This document shows positions 7,768-16,350 of a stretch of DNA of 20,000 nt, one piece after another; positions within the stretch are counted from its first letter, which is position 1; each line of letters begins with the position of its first letter. The notes below the pieces were generated by a model, which was given only the letters and a program-made list of their open reading frames with translations, was not told where the DNA came from and ran no database searches. Source of the stretch: an uncultured virus (IMG/VR IMGVR_UViG_3300025270_001776) (Duplodnaviria > Heunggongvirae > Uroviricota > Caudoviricetes); the IMG/VR virus record IMGVR_UViG_3300025270_001776. One strand, 5' to 3'. Both the position numbers and the translations under genes were made by a program.

Positions 7768-7962
7768 TTAAAACACCCTAAAAACGCCATATGCAATTAC
7801 AGCAACGGCAGCAGCTATCGCAAACCACTTAAATACACTCGCTAGAGCTAAAAGTAAATCACGAAGTGGTCTGGGTCGCTTTATTCTCCACTCTCTATAT
7901 CTATCTACTCGTTTTCTATAGGCCTCCCTACGTTTTTCTGCCTTTTCTGCAAATGATGCCAT
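7768..7962 (-). CDS. Small membrane protein with basic N-terminus
   Basis: 64 aa; Arg/Lys-rich helix then a long hydrophobic C-terminus; GAGG SD. Confidence 0.75.
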   Translation of the reverse strand: MASFAEKAEKRREAYRKRVDRYREWRIKRPRPLRDLLLALASVFKWFAIAAAVAVIAYGVFRVF

Positions 7963-7979
7963 TATATTTCCTCATTTTA

Positions 7980-9035
7980 TCAAATACCACCCAGTAACTC
8001 ATTAGCCGAATTTTTCCACGAAAATTTTACAGCCGTATTGATGCCTGATGTATTAGGTGATAAGGAGCCCTCATTTTTTTTGTGATATATTGATCTCATA
8101 TGTTCTATGGTTTGGTCTTTTTGATTTTCAGATATTTCCGCCCAAAAACCTCTGTCACCGTGAAACCAAACGCCATCATAGGCGGTTTCTAGGTTATCAA
8201 TATTTATCAAATGGGCATTTTCTGTGGTACAAAATTCCGTGTGACCGGAGTAATTGGTAGCTATAACGTGTTTACCGCAACTCATCATTTCAAGTAATTC
8301 TAAGTTCCAGCCCTCCGCTCTGGCGGGAAAAATACCACAATCTGTTTGTGTCATAATATTATACACATCTTTTTGTGTTTTTTGACGGGGAATGACGCGG
8401 ATTTTGTCTCCGAGAGGAGACGATTTGTATGTATCAATCCATTTTTGATTATCAACATTAGGAAATGGGTTATCGCACATCATCCACAATTCCACATTAT
8501 CGTTATAGTTAAATGCTTCATTAAAATAATCCACCAAAACATCATGTCCCTTTCTAACTTCCCATTTTCCACAATTAAAAAAAATAGTCTGTTGTCGGGA
8601 AGATGGTTTTTCCTTAAAAATATTTCTATCAACACCCAAAGGCACAACGTGAATATTGTCACCGTTAAAACTTGTATTTTGAGCAACAATTTCCTTGGCC
8701 CACCTAGAACAAACAAATATTTTATCACAGTGTAACATACTGGCAACTTCAGTAGGACTAAATTTAGTTAATTCAAAAACGGGAAAGCCAACATGCACCC
8801 CTTTACCTACATGATGATGTAGCTCATGCTGATGCCATAATCGCACAGAAGGAGAAGACGTGCTAACCGATTGTTGGTTACTAAGGCATTTTTCTACTAT
8901 TGCCATATCGGGCATTTGTTCTGGTTGCCCAATGGGATACAGGGCAACACCATTATTTTTGTGTAGCTCTTTCATAATGTTATAGCCAGCAATACCATAT
9001 CCCAAATTATTAATTGGGGCTGTTAAATTTATCAT
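7980..9035 (-). CDS. Glycosyltransferase, GT-B fold (GT4-like)
   Basis: VVPLGVD, GKWEVRKGHDVL and FPARAEGWNLELLEMMSCGKHVIATNYSGHTE (EX7E-type motif). Confidence 0.9.
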   Translation of the reverse strand: MINLTAPINNLGYGIAGYNIMKELHKNNGVALYPIGQPEQMPDMAIVEKCLSNQQSVSTSSPSVRLWHQHELHHHVGKGVHVGFPVFELTKFSPTEVASMLHCDKIFVCSRWAKEIVAQNTSFNGDNIHVVPLGVDRNIFKEKPSSRQQTIFFNCGKWEVRKGHDVLVDYFNEAFNYNDNVELWMMCDNPFPNVDNQKWIDTYKSSPLGDKIRVIPRQKTQKDVYNIMTQTDCGIFPARAEGWNLELLEMMSCGKHVIATNYSGHTEFCTTENAHLINIDNLETAYDGVWFHGDRGFWAEISENQKDQTIEHMRSIYHKKNEGSLSPNTSGINTAVKFSWKNSANELLGGI

Positions 9036-9486
9036 TTTTGATCCTTTGCGTTATTACAGTAGTAGATATCGCTTTAGCGTAAGGAATAAACAAAATTTCA
9101 CACTTCATATCGTCCAGTAATTCTTGTGTTAGATTTAAATAACTCAAATAATTTTTTGTTTTCCAGTTTGACCCCAAAACAATGTAATGGGGCTTACACA
9201 CCTGTTCTATAAGATATCGCTGGTTGTGTTCAGAAGGAACTATAAACGCTTCGTCTACATATTGACATGCTTGAACGACTTCTAGGCGCTCATTACCATG
9301 CATAATTGGCGTATTTTCCTCAGAAAAATGATCTCCTTCAATAGCCACAATCAGCTTGCAGCTCTGACTGAAAACATAGGCGCGATTTTTTTTTCTAAAA
9401 TATCTTTTGATGTTTCTAAGAAATTTGACATGTCCGTAATGGAACAAATCAAATGTGCCTCTGGTGTAAACTATGGGGGGGCTCAT
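9010..9486 (-). CDS. Cytidylyl/adenylyltransferase (TagD/RfaE domain II-like)
   Basis: GTFDLFHYGH (HxGH), ERLEVVQACQYVD and IPYAKAISTT. Confidence 0.88.
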   Translation of the reverse strand: MSPPIVYTRGTFDLFHYGHVKFLRNIKRYFRKKNRAYVFSQSCKLIVAIEGDHFSEENTPIMHGNERLEVVQACQYVDEAFIVPSEHNQRYLIEQVCKPHYIVLGSNWKTKNYLSYLNLTQELLDDMKCEILFIPYAKAISTTVITQRIKNDKFNSPN

Positions 9487-9563
9487 GTCTATGCCTTTGT
9501 GTGTGTGTTCTTAAATCTTGGAGAAGAAAGGACTCAGTCGGAAAAGAAGAGGTAGGACATACC

Positions 9564-10397
9564 TTAATTATCTAGTATTTTTTTTATTACCGGAGCCAAC
9601 GTATCATATACCGCAAAATGTTCTTCTGTAGTGGGATAATAACTATTATGGGTCATAACTCGTTTTGGCTCCCCTAAAAACTCTTGTGCGTACTTATTTT
9701 CTTGGGGAAAAGGGAATCTTTCGGGCTCAGACTGATATATTATTTCTACGAATTCGTCGGCTTCTTCAGCAATATTCATTATGGTGTCTTTGTCAATCAA
9801 TTGGGGGAACCTACCAAATAAAGTATTTGTATCAGTTGTATCTATAGTGTTATCTGAATATCCAAATTTTGACATGAATAAAAATATGACTGGCACAGTA
9901 ATAGCCCTAAAAAGTTCTTTGAACTCCTTCATGTATTGCACACGAGTTTCCAAAACTAATTCTATAATTTTATCCGTTTCAAATTTATTAATTATATATT
10001 CCCAAAAGACTTGTCCTACACAGTGCTCACCGGTTATTTCATTTTTTCCATGATTAGACCACGCTGTCCAATATTTATTACTCACGCTTCTTCCAGACAT
10101 AACTGTTACAACCGCCAACTGACCTCTATTAATAACATCTAAATTATCCACAAAAAAGGGACTGGAAGGCCCATGGCCAGCAGTTCCAAAGTTTGCACAT
10201 TCAACACCTAAAAAATTATGAATAAGTGTCGGAAAAGGGAACGACGCATATCTTCCAAAAACTTGTCCAGCCCCCAAAAACGAAATATAATCTTTCTCTA
10301 ACATAGGAGCAGGACCCCTAAAGGGATGCCTATTGGAATGCCATATTTCATAATTAAACCAAGGGTCTTCTTTTTGATAGTATCCGTAGTCTAGCAT
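9564..10397 (-). CDS. DUF6473-like protein (SGNH-like, surface-glycan-associated)
   Basis: FRGP...YISFLGAGQVFGRYASFPFPTL...CANFGTAGHGP, VMSGRSVSN, FPQLI and C-terminal YYPTTEEH match my recollection of DUF6473. Confidence 0.7.
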   Translation of the reverse strand: MLDYGYYQKEDPWFNYEIWHSNRHPFRGPAPMLEKDYISFLGAGQVFGRYASFPFPTLIHNFLGVECANFGTAGHGPSSPFFVDNLDVINRGQLAVVTVMSGRSVSNKYWTAWSNHGKNEITGEHCVGQVFWEYIINKFETDKIIELVLETRVQYMKEFKELFRAITVPVIFLFMSKFGYSDNTIDTTDTNTLFGRFPQLIDKDTIMNIAEEADEFVEIIYQSEPERFPFPQENKYAQEFLGEPKRVMTHNSYYPTTEEHFAVYDTLAPVIKKILDN

Positions 10398-10398
10398 C

Positions 10399-11124
10399 TC
10401 AATTATTTCCTATGGTGTTTCTAAGTTCGGTTGCGTTGGGTATTAATTCATATTTAATATTACCTAAATTAAATTTGTCAGCAGGCGAGAGGAATTGCTT
10501 CCACTGATCATTCTTTATGCGGCACTCTAGAAAATTACAAAGTCCAAGAAAATTTTTTTGCACATTTTCATTGTACCATTTTTCATAAGTTATATAATAT
10601 GTCTGTTTACGTTGTGCCATTCTACGGTATATTTTTAAATTTTTATTCAGCAGCCTGTGCCTATGGTTGACAAGACCCATAGGCATCGGGTCTCTCATGA
10701 GAGTATGGAAATCTGAAAAATCTTTTTTCGTATGACCACCTTCGGCCTTGTCCCATTCATTCCAAAATGAGTGTCCAGTTTTTTGTTTATAGTTAATAGA
10801 CATCCATTCTGATAAAGCAACCTCCAGCTGGTCTTCTCTGTGTATAAAAACAATTTTGTGAGCGATGTCAAACAGTCTCTTCAAATCAGCCATTGGGATT
10901 TGGTGAGACAAATGTTTGATACCTTCGTTTGACATAGTTGCTAACATCTCAAATACAGATTCAATATCCTCATGCACAATAAGGTTATCTGGCCCCTTTT
11001 TAATATTCTTGTTGCAGTCTGGATTAAAGGGTTCTACTAAAATATTAATGTCCGTAGACTTGTTTAAAGATTTGTTTATTGATGTACTTCCACATCTGGG
11101 AGTTGTTCCAAATAGTAATATCAT
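10399..11124 (-). CDS. PAPS-dependent sulfotransferase (Stf0-like)
   Basis: 5'-PSB loop TPRCGST, EPFNP, 3'-PB-like IHREDQLEVALS and ITYE motif. Confidence 0.8.
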   Translation of the reverse strand: MILLFGTTPRCGSTSINKSLNKSTDINILVEPFNPDCNKNIKKGPDNLIVHEDIESVFEMLATMSNEGIKHLSHQIPMADLKRLFDIAHKIVFIHREDQLEVALSEWMSINYKQKTGHSFWNEWDKAEGGHTKKDFSDFHTLMRDPMPMGLVNHRHRLLNKNLKIYRRMAQRKQTYYITYEKWYNENVQKNFLGLCNFLECRIKNDQWKQFLSPADKFNLGNIKYELIPNATELRNTIGNN

Positions 11125-11125
11125 G

Positions 11126-12097
11126 TTACCCGCTCACAATATATGATAACGACTTTACTAATGATTGCGAAAACAAATGGCCACTAAGCCACCTTTTATC
11201 CATTTGCTTAAGATAAGTATGGGCTTTTATTATATTGTTAGTATTCGATAGCAATTGGGCCGCATGATTAAGATTATTGAAATACAAGGGATAATCTTCT
11301 CCTAGGTATTCTACAACTGCGTCTATCTTATTTATTAGAATGGGAGTATTGCTGGCCACACATTCAATTACGGCGTTATTAGCAGAACTATCGTACAGAT
11401 CTAAAAAGACAACAGATGATGACATTAGATAGTCGTACTCTTCGTTTGTTACGGTGTCACATATCGCCACTGAAGAGTCTTTAAATAGGTAGCTATGAGG
11501 CTGAGGTAGTAGTGACTTGTATTTATCAAATAAACCTATCGCGTGATCCTTCTCACTAGGAAGCCAAACTTTACAAAATTGTGGCGGCGATTGTAAATCA
11601 AATATGGATTCCAATTTTCTTAACCAATAACCTATTTGAATAATTTTTTTAGGGTGACAAGATAAAAATTTAGAAGGTGACCATTTGATCAAAGGGATTC
11701 GTGTAGGATGCTTGATTGATATCACTGGCACCTCTACCCTTTTACGAAGCCACTTACCAAGATACTCCGATAGCGTAACAAAGCATTTACAGGTAGATAA
11801 AGATTCCTTAAATACCTGCCTATCCAGTATGGCCTGTGGCGAATTATATATTTCAAACCAATCAGGAGGATTTGGAGGATTATGTAAGAACCCAATCCAA
11901 TCTTGTTTGTAGGGCAGATTGTGTGGATTGTTTCCACAGTAATATTCGTTTAGTTTCCATGAGAAACTTCTTTCCATGAAATCATCAAGAATAATACCCG
12001 CCTTAGAATGAAATGGGCGCAGAGAGTTTATACAATAAGACCACCCACTTCTATGGTGAGTAAACCCGCTGCACTGAGACAGGTTTAAAGATATCAT
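11126..12097 (-). CDS. Putative GT-B glycosyltransferase-like protein
   Basis: TLSEYL and C-terminal VVFLDLYDSSANNAVIECVASNTPILINKIDAVVEYLG resemble the GT-B nucleotide-sugar binding region. Confidence 0.65.
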   Translation of the reverse strand: MISLNLSQCSGFTHHRSGWSYCINSLRPFHSKAGIILDDFMERSFSWKLNEYYCGNNPHNLPYKQDWIGFLHNPPNPPDWFEIYNSPQAILDRQVFKESLSTCKCFVTLSEYLGKWLRKRVEVPVISIKHPTRIPLIKWSPSKFLSCHPKKIIQIGYWLRKLESIFDLQSPPQFCKVWLPSEKDHAIGLFDKYKSLLPQPHSYLFKDSSVAICDTVTNEEYDYLMSSSVVFLDLYDSSANNAVIECVASNTPILINKIDAVVEYLGEDYPLYFNNLNHAAQLLSNTNNIIKAHTYLKQMDKRWLSGHLFSQSLVKSLSYIVSG

Positions 12098-12963
12098 ATT
12101 ATCTTTCTACCTAACATTCCCTCAAAGAAGCCCACTTGATATTTACACTTCAGCAATACTAACTTTTCAGCATAACTATAATTTGTTTCCTCGTTATCCG
12201 ACAGAAGCCAGCGAGGAGATGTGTTATCAAACATTTCTGGAGACTCAATAAATCTATGCCATGTTTCTGCCAGTCTTTCCTTGTCCGTCTTATAAGATAT
12301 AAGTATACCGTCTTGATATCCTAAGTCATAATAATATTCAGAAATACTTTCTACATCAAATTCAGCCTCTGATATAAAATATATACTCTTTAAAGAAGAC
12401 GAATGTATTATCCGGCCCTTCGTGGACATCATTTTTATAAAATGTTTATTATTGCGTAAGTACCCTCTAGGAGAAGCCACAGGAGTATATCCACCCATAT
12501 CATTATACACTACTCCAGAAAAGAAGCATCCGTTAATGGGCGGAAAATTATGTTCTTCATCTGATATGTCAATCAATAACATCTCTTCTGTAACTGGTAT
12601 ATTATAGTTTTTATAATTTTCCTCAATCGCTTTTGTAAACCAATCGGAATTATTTTTATGTCGAGTACAAATTGGCCCACACAACACGGTCGCATCTCTA
12701 TGTAAATTATTTATAGAAACAACAGCCGCCAAATAATCACTTCTAATAAACATATTTTCATCTAATATACCCACTAACGAAGCATCACTAGTTGTAGGGA
12801 TATTCTCTACATCTACAAGAGTAACTATAGCATCAATACCAAATTGGGTAGCTTGTTTTTGAAGGGAGTCTGTACACGATTCCAAAACGGTGTCCTTTTG
12901 TCGTATACTGTTTTCCTTAACTGTATGTTTGTTTGGTATAACAAATATTTCAATTTGTTTCAT
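12094..12963 (-). CDS. Divergent GT2-like glycosyltransferase
   Basis: LVGILDENMFIRSDYLAAV and VLCGPI resemble the GT-A pattern xxFLDDDxxxxxxWL...GG, but the DxD is degenerate (DEN). Confidence 0.5.
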   Translation of the reverse strand: MKQIEIFVIPNKHTVKENSIRQKDTVLESCTDSLQKQATQFGIDAIVTLVDVENIPTTSDASLVGILDENMFIRSDYLAAVVSINNLHRDATVLCGPICTRHKNNSDWFTKAIEENYKNYNIPVTEEMLLIDISDEEHNFPPINGCFFSGVVYNDMGGYTPVASPRGYLRNNKHFIKMMSTKGRIIHSSSLKSIYFISEAEFDVESISEYYYDLGYQDGILISYKTDKERLAETWHRFIESPEMFDNTSPRWLLSDNEETNYSYAEKLVLLKCKYQVGFFEGMLGRKII

Positions 12964-13361
12964 ATTTTATTCCCATACCGATCACGGCCTTGTAAATTAT
13001 CAATTTCATCCCATACCTGTGTCCAGCCTTCCTCGCTATTTCCATTAACTCTTGCAGCCTTATCATCAATATACATTACTCCCGCTGGTTTTCCCATAAA
13101 TGCATGATGATATTTTACACCATGCTTAGCCAACCAATCAGTCCACTCTCTATACCCTCGTTCGTATTGTTTATGAAGGTTACCCTTTTCCCTATCTCCA
13201 TATCTAGCAGTATAAAGAGTAATCTTATATCCCATATCATATAACTTATTAACTTGAGCTATACCGTGAAGCAACGGCCCAGCTTTTGCATATTCTCCAC
13301 CATGTGCTTTGTCGGCTATCACACCATCACAATCTACTATAAGTGTTTGTTCGGATGACAT
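12960..13361 (-). CDS. HAD-family phosphatase (capsule biosynthesis EcbF/BcbF-like)
   Basis: IVDCDGVI (DxD), YTAR, MGKP and YIDDKA motifs. Confidence 0.85.
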   Translation of the reverse strand: MSSEQTLIVDCDGVIADKAHGGEYAKAGPLLHGIAQVNKLYDMGYKITLYTARYGDREKGNLHKQYERGYREWTDWLAKHGVKYHHAFMGKPAGVMYIDDKAARVNGNSEEGWTQVWDEIDNLQGRDRYGNKI

Positions 13362-13362
13362 A

Positions 13363-14004
13363 TTAATCCTCCCATTCCAGTGCTGCTGACACGTTAGAAA
13401 AGTTTTCTTGAAATATTTTTTTGATTCCGTTTGCGACCTCCCTATGTTCCTTTTGTGTCTCCTCCTTACATCTTAGTTGCAAGTAATGTACCCAACTCCT
13501 AATACTTCCTTTCATATACATAGTAGTCTGTATTCCCAATGGAAGAATCATTCTAGCGGATTCTTTTGCTACACCCATAGCAATCATGTCACCATAAACC
13601 TGAAGACATCTATCCATTGCTTGTTTTGCATGGGCGTGCCATTTTTGATCAGCAATATCCGTACTACTCTGCCGATTACTTTTGGCTTGGTTACGCAGTT
13701 CTAGGTCCTCTATTTCTTGGGCTACTGAATATCTTTGGGAAAATTCTTGGAAAGAAAAAGAGCGATGCCGCAAAATTTGTGCGGCTATCGCCCTACTAGT
13801 TTTTATCTCCACGCACATATCTACCATTTCAAATGGAGACCAGTGCTTATGTTTAATTAAATATTTAATAAGACGAGGAGCAGTTTCATTGTTAGACTGA
13901 TTTTCAGGATTACTGACCCTAGCACAATATACTATCAGCTCCTCTGGCAAAGCTAGATCTTCAATTAACGGAGCTGTTATACTAACGAGCTTTACTTCCA
14001 TCAA
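13363..14004 (-). CDS. thyX: Flavin-dependent thymidylate synthase
   Basis: CARVSNP, HWSPFEM, RHRSFSFQEFSQRY signature, ESARMILP and TQKEHR. Confidence 0.97.
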   Translation of the reverse strand: MMEVKLVSITAPLIEDLALPEELIVYCARVSNPENQSNNETAPRLIKYLIKHKHWSPFEMVDMCVEIKTSRAIAAQILRHRSFSFQEFSQRYSVAQEIEDLELRNQAKSNRQSSTDIADQKWHAHAKQAMDRCLQVYGDMIAMGVAKESARMILPLGIQTTMYMKGSIRSWVHYLQLRCKEETQKEHREVANGIKKIFQENFSNVSAALEWED

Positions 14005-14337
14005 TTAGTCCTCAGTATCATCTTCCTCTTCTACATTTAAACCTAACGCCACTATTTTTTGATACCAATATCTTTCATTACTCTTATCGTTTACTGGGCC
14101 ACCAGTATTATTATTAAAATGTGATCTAAGGAGATGTAGTTGCACTACAGTTCCTTGTGGATTTTTAGCGTGGACGATATATCCATCGTCTGTTGCATGG
14201 GGAAGGTTGAGTTTTACGGGATCGCCGCCGAACTCACCATCTTCTACATCCTCATCCCATTCGTCATTATGTACAACCACAGGGACCTCAGGTACGGGCT
14301 CGTTCGGTTCACGATGCCACTCAGGAAAGACAGACAT
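14005..14337 (-). CDS. Hypothetical acidic protein
   Basis: 110 aa; AAGGAG SD upstream; abuts thyX. Confidence 0.75.
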   Translation of the reverse strand: MSVFPEWHREPNEPVPEVPVVVHNDEWDEDVEDGEFGGDPVKLNLPHATDDGYIVHAKNPQGTVVQLHLLRSHFNNNTGGPVNDKSNERYWYQKIVALGLNVEEEDDTED

Positions 14338-14355
14338 ATCATTCTCCTTTTATTT

Positions 14356-14592
14356 TTAAGTTTTTCCCTTATATACTAAAACAACACCGTCTTTTTTATA
14401 CAAACCTCTTCGTGTATAAGTAAATACTTCGCCTGTTTTAGGATTTCGGTATTTATAGTCAGCACTTGACTCTTCCTCACACATAGATGCTTGATATTCT
14501 TCATCAGCCTTTTCAAAAAGACTTTTAGATTTTTTCCTATATCTCCATAAAATCCGATCGTTTTCATTTTTGCTTGGCGTTGGTAGAGGCAT
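14356..14592 (-). CDS. Short MPLPTP-motif protein, paralog of 16351-16953, apparently internally deleted
   Basis: GAGGAG SD; shares MPLPTP.KNE and RKK.S..L..K.D.EY with the 200-aa ORF. Confidence 0.75.
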   Translation of the reverse strand: MPLPTPSKNENDRILWRYRKKSKSLFEKADEEYQASMCEEESSADYKYRNPKTGEVFTYTRRGLYKKDGVVLVYKGKT

Positions 14593-14661
14593 AGCTTTCT
14601 CCTCTAAAAGTTATACTGAACTAGATAACTCATTGAATCGCAATAGCCATCGTCACACTCT

Positions 14662-14690
14662 ATACTAGACATAAATTCCAAATTTAGCAA
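14662..14690 (-). promoter_or_regulatory. Possible weak sigma70-type promoter
   Basis: Minus strand TTGCTA-N17-TAGTAT in a 98-nt intergenic gap. Confidence 0.35.
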
Positions 14691-15926
14691 CTATTTTTTT
14701 CCCCAACCCTCTCGTAATACACGTAAGGCATTACCCCCTAGTATGTGTTCCATCTGTTTTTCCGTGTACCCTAACGCGCATAAATAACTCGTAAGTCGAG
14801 GCATTTCTGACATATCTACAATTTCGTCTGGAGGATCAGTAAACCCATCCAAGTCACTACCTATTCCTACTACTTCTATTCCACCTACATTTATCATATG
14901 ATTAATATTATTTTCTATATGCTTTAATCCTAATCCACTGTGCGAATTAGATAAATAATAAGTCATCAGTATTACACCAATAACCCCTCCATTATCAGCA
15001 ATCCATTTAATTTCTTTATTGGTTAGGTTGATAGGGTCACGGTTAATATCAAAGGAGGCCATGTGACTAGCTATAATACAATTCTTTTTGCGATGGTGCT
15101 TGGCGATATCCATAACCTTAGCTCTGGCACTGGGCGTACAGTGTGTGATGTCTATCAGCATCCCCAACTCCAGCATTCTTTCTACTACCTTTTCGCCTAT
15201 GGATGTCAACCCTTTATTCATATCCCAACTGCCAGTTACTTTACGCCAGTCAAGCATCTTGCTAGAATATTCTGGATAAGGAAACACGGGATAAGCCACA
15301 TGGTTAGGATAGAAATGAGCCAAAGTGAGATAGGCCACACCCCGATTGAAAAGGTATACCAGATTAGATAATAATTCTTTTTCAACTGAATCGGCACACG
15401 CTCCATCTTCCACGGTTTTTCCGCCCTCTATACCATTAAGAGAATGGGCTCCTTCCACAGAATGCACAACACACATATCTCCAGCCTCAAGACCTTGGTT
15501 CAATGTTGAAACAGAATCAGACAAACATACTTTTCTAGAAGGCTTCTTCTTGTTATATGAAATAATCTGACGTTCCATTTCATCTAACATAAAATTTGTA
15601 GCATCAAAATAGGGAGGATCTACGATGGCGCGTCGTACACTGGGGAATATTCTAAAGAGCCACCTTATAAGGGAGATTTCTTTAATCCACTCTTGTTCTA
15701 AAATATAAGCAGTAGATAGTATTACATCTACACCACCCTTGTCCATCTTGGGAAACGTAACTCGATTACTAAGTGGCCAAAATTTCTTGTCAAACATTCT
15801 AGATAGCCAATTTCTTTTGGATGAGTCTAGACTGATTTCCAAAATAATAGCCTTGAGGGCTGGATGCGTATGTAGATCTACAAGCGTAGATTCTTTATGT
15901 AGATTTTGCCAGTTCATATCAATCAC
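14691..15926 (-). CDS. Membrane/renal dipeptidase family protein (peptidase M19, amidohydrolase fold)
   Basis: VDLHTH, HSVEGAH, LTLAH, GLTSIGEKVV, IDITHC, ASH, GGVIGV, GIGSDLDG and ILGGNALRV motifs. Confidence 0.9.
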   Translation of the reverse strand: MIDMNWQNLHKESTLVDLHTHPALKAIILEISLDSSKRNWLSRMFDKKFWPLSNRVTFPKMDKGGVDVILSTAYILEQEWIKEISLIRWLFRIFPSVRRAIVDPPYFDATNFMLDEMERQIISYNKKKPSRKVCLSDSVSTLNQGLEAGDMCVVHSVEGAHSLNGIEGGKTVEDGACADSVEKELLSNLVYLFNRGVAYLTLAHFYPNHVAYPVFPYPEYSSKMLDWRKVTGSWDMNKGLTSIGEKVVERMLELGMLIDITHCTPSARAKVMDIAKHHRKKNCIIASHMASFDINRDPINLTNKEIKWIADNGGVIGVILMTYYLSNSHSGLGLKHIENNINHMINVGGIEVVGIGSDLDGFTDPPDEIVDMSEMPRLTSYLCALGYTEKQMEHILGGNALRVLREGWGKK

Positions 15927-16347
15927 TGAATAAGATATTTAAGTTACCCCGAACAGTTGTTTCAACATCTTCCAAATGATCATCAGACATTGGATATAGA
16001 AAGGGAGAAACCTCGGCTCGCACCTCCGTGGGAGCGTCAGGAATCCATTCCAAATCTTTTACGGTAAGAACCACAGAAGCTCCCTTAGATTTAAAGTCGT
16101 GCCCTTCGATTTCATTTACAGACGTAATAGATACATGTACATCATCAGTGTATTTAGGGTTCCATACCTTACCGTCTTTATTCCACAGCGGAAGACTGCC
16201 CCTCCATTCGTTCTGAGTGGGACCAAGAATTTCACTGACATATGGTACACCGCTAGGCATTAATCCTAAAACGTTTATTTCAAATTCCTGATGATGAATA
16301 CCAGAAGGCGGCACCCACTGCACATGTATCTCTGGATATTTTCTCAC
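15919..16347 (-). CDS. Hypothetical protein, possibly fibronectin-III/Ig-like
   Basis: GTG start; IHVQWVPP...VHVSITSVN...S...PDAPTEV pattern is reminiscent of FN3. The fold call is weak. Confidence 0.65.
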   Translation of the reverse strand: MRKYPEIHVQWVPPSGIHHQEFEINVLGLMPSGVPYVSEILGPTQNEWRGSLPLWNKDGKVWNPKYTDDVHVSITSVNEIEGHDFKSKGASVVLTVKDLEWIPDAPTEVRAEVSPFLYPMSDDHLEDVETTVRGNLNILFSD

Positions 16348-16350
16348 ATT

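Noticed and set aside
14537..14566. Programmed -1 frameshift as the explanation for the out-of-frame RSDFME
   Set aside because: No canonical X XXY YYZ slippery heptamer, and the shifted frame stops after RSDFMEI; compensating indels fit better.
14604..14672. 22-codon minus-strand ORF MSSIECDDGYCDSMSYLVQYNF
   Set aside because: Very short, no clear SD, and it overlaps a candidate promoter.
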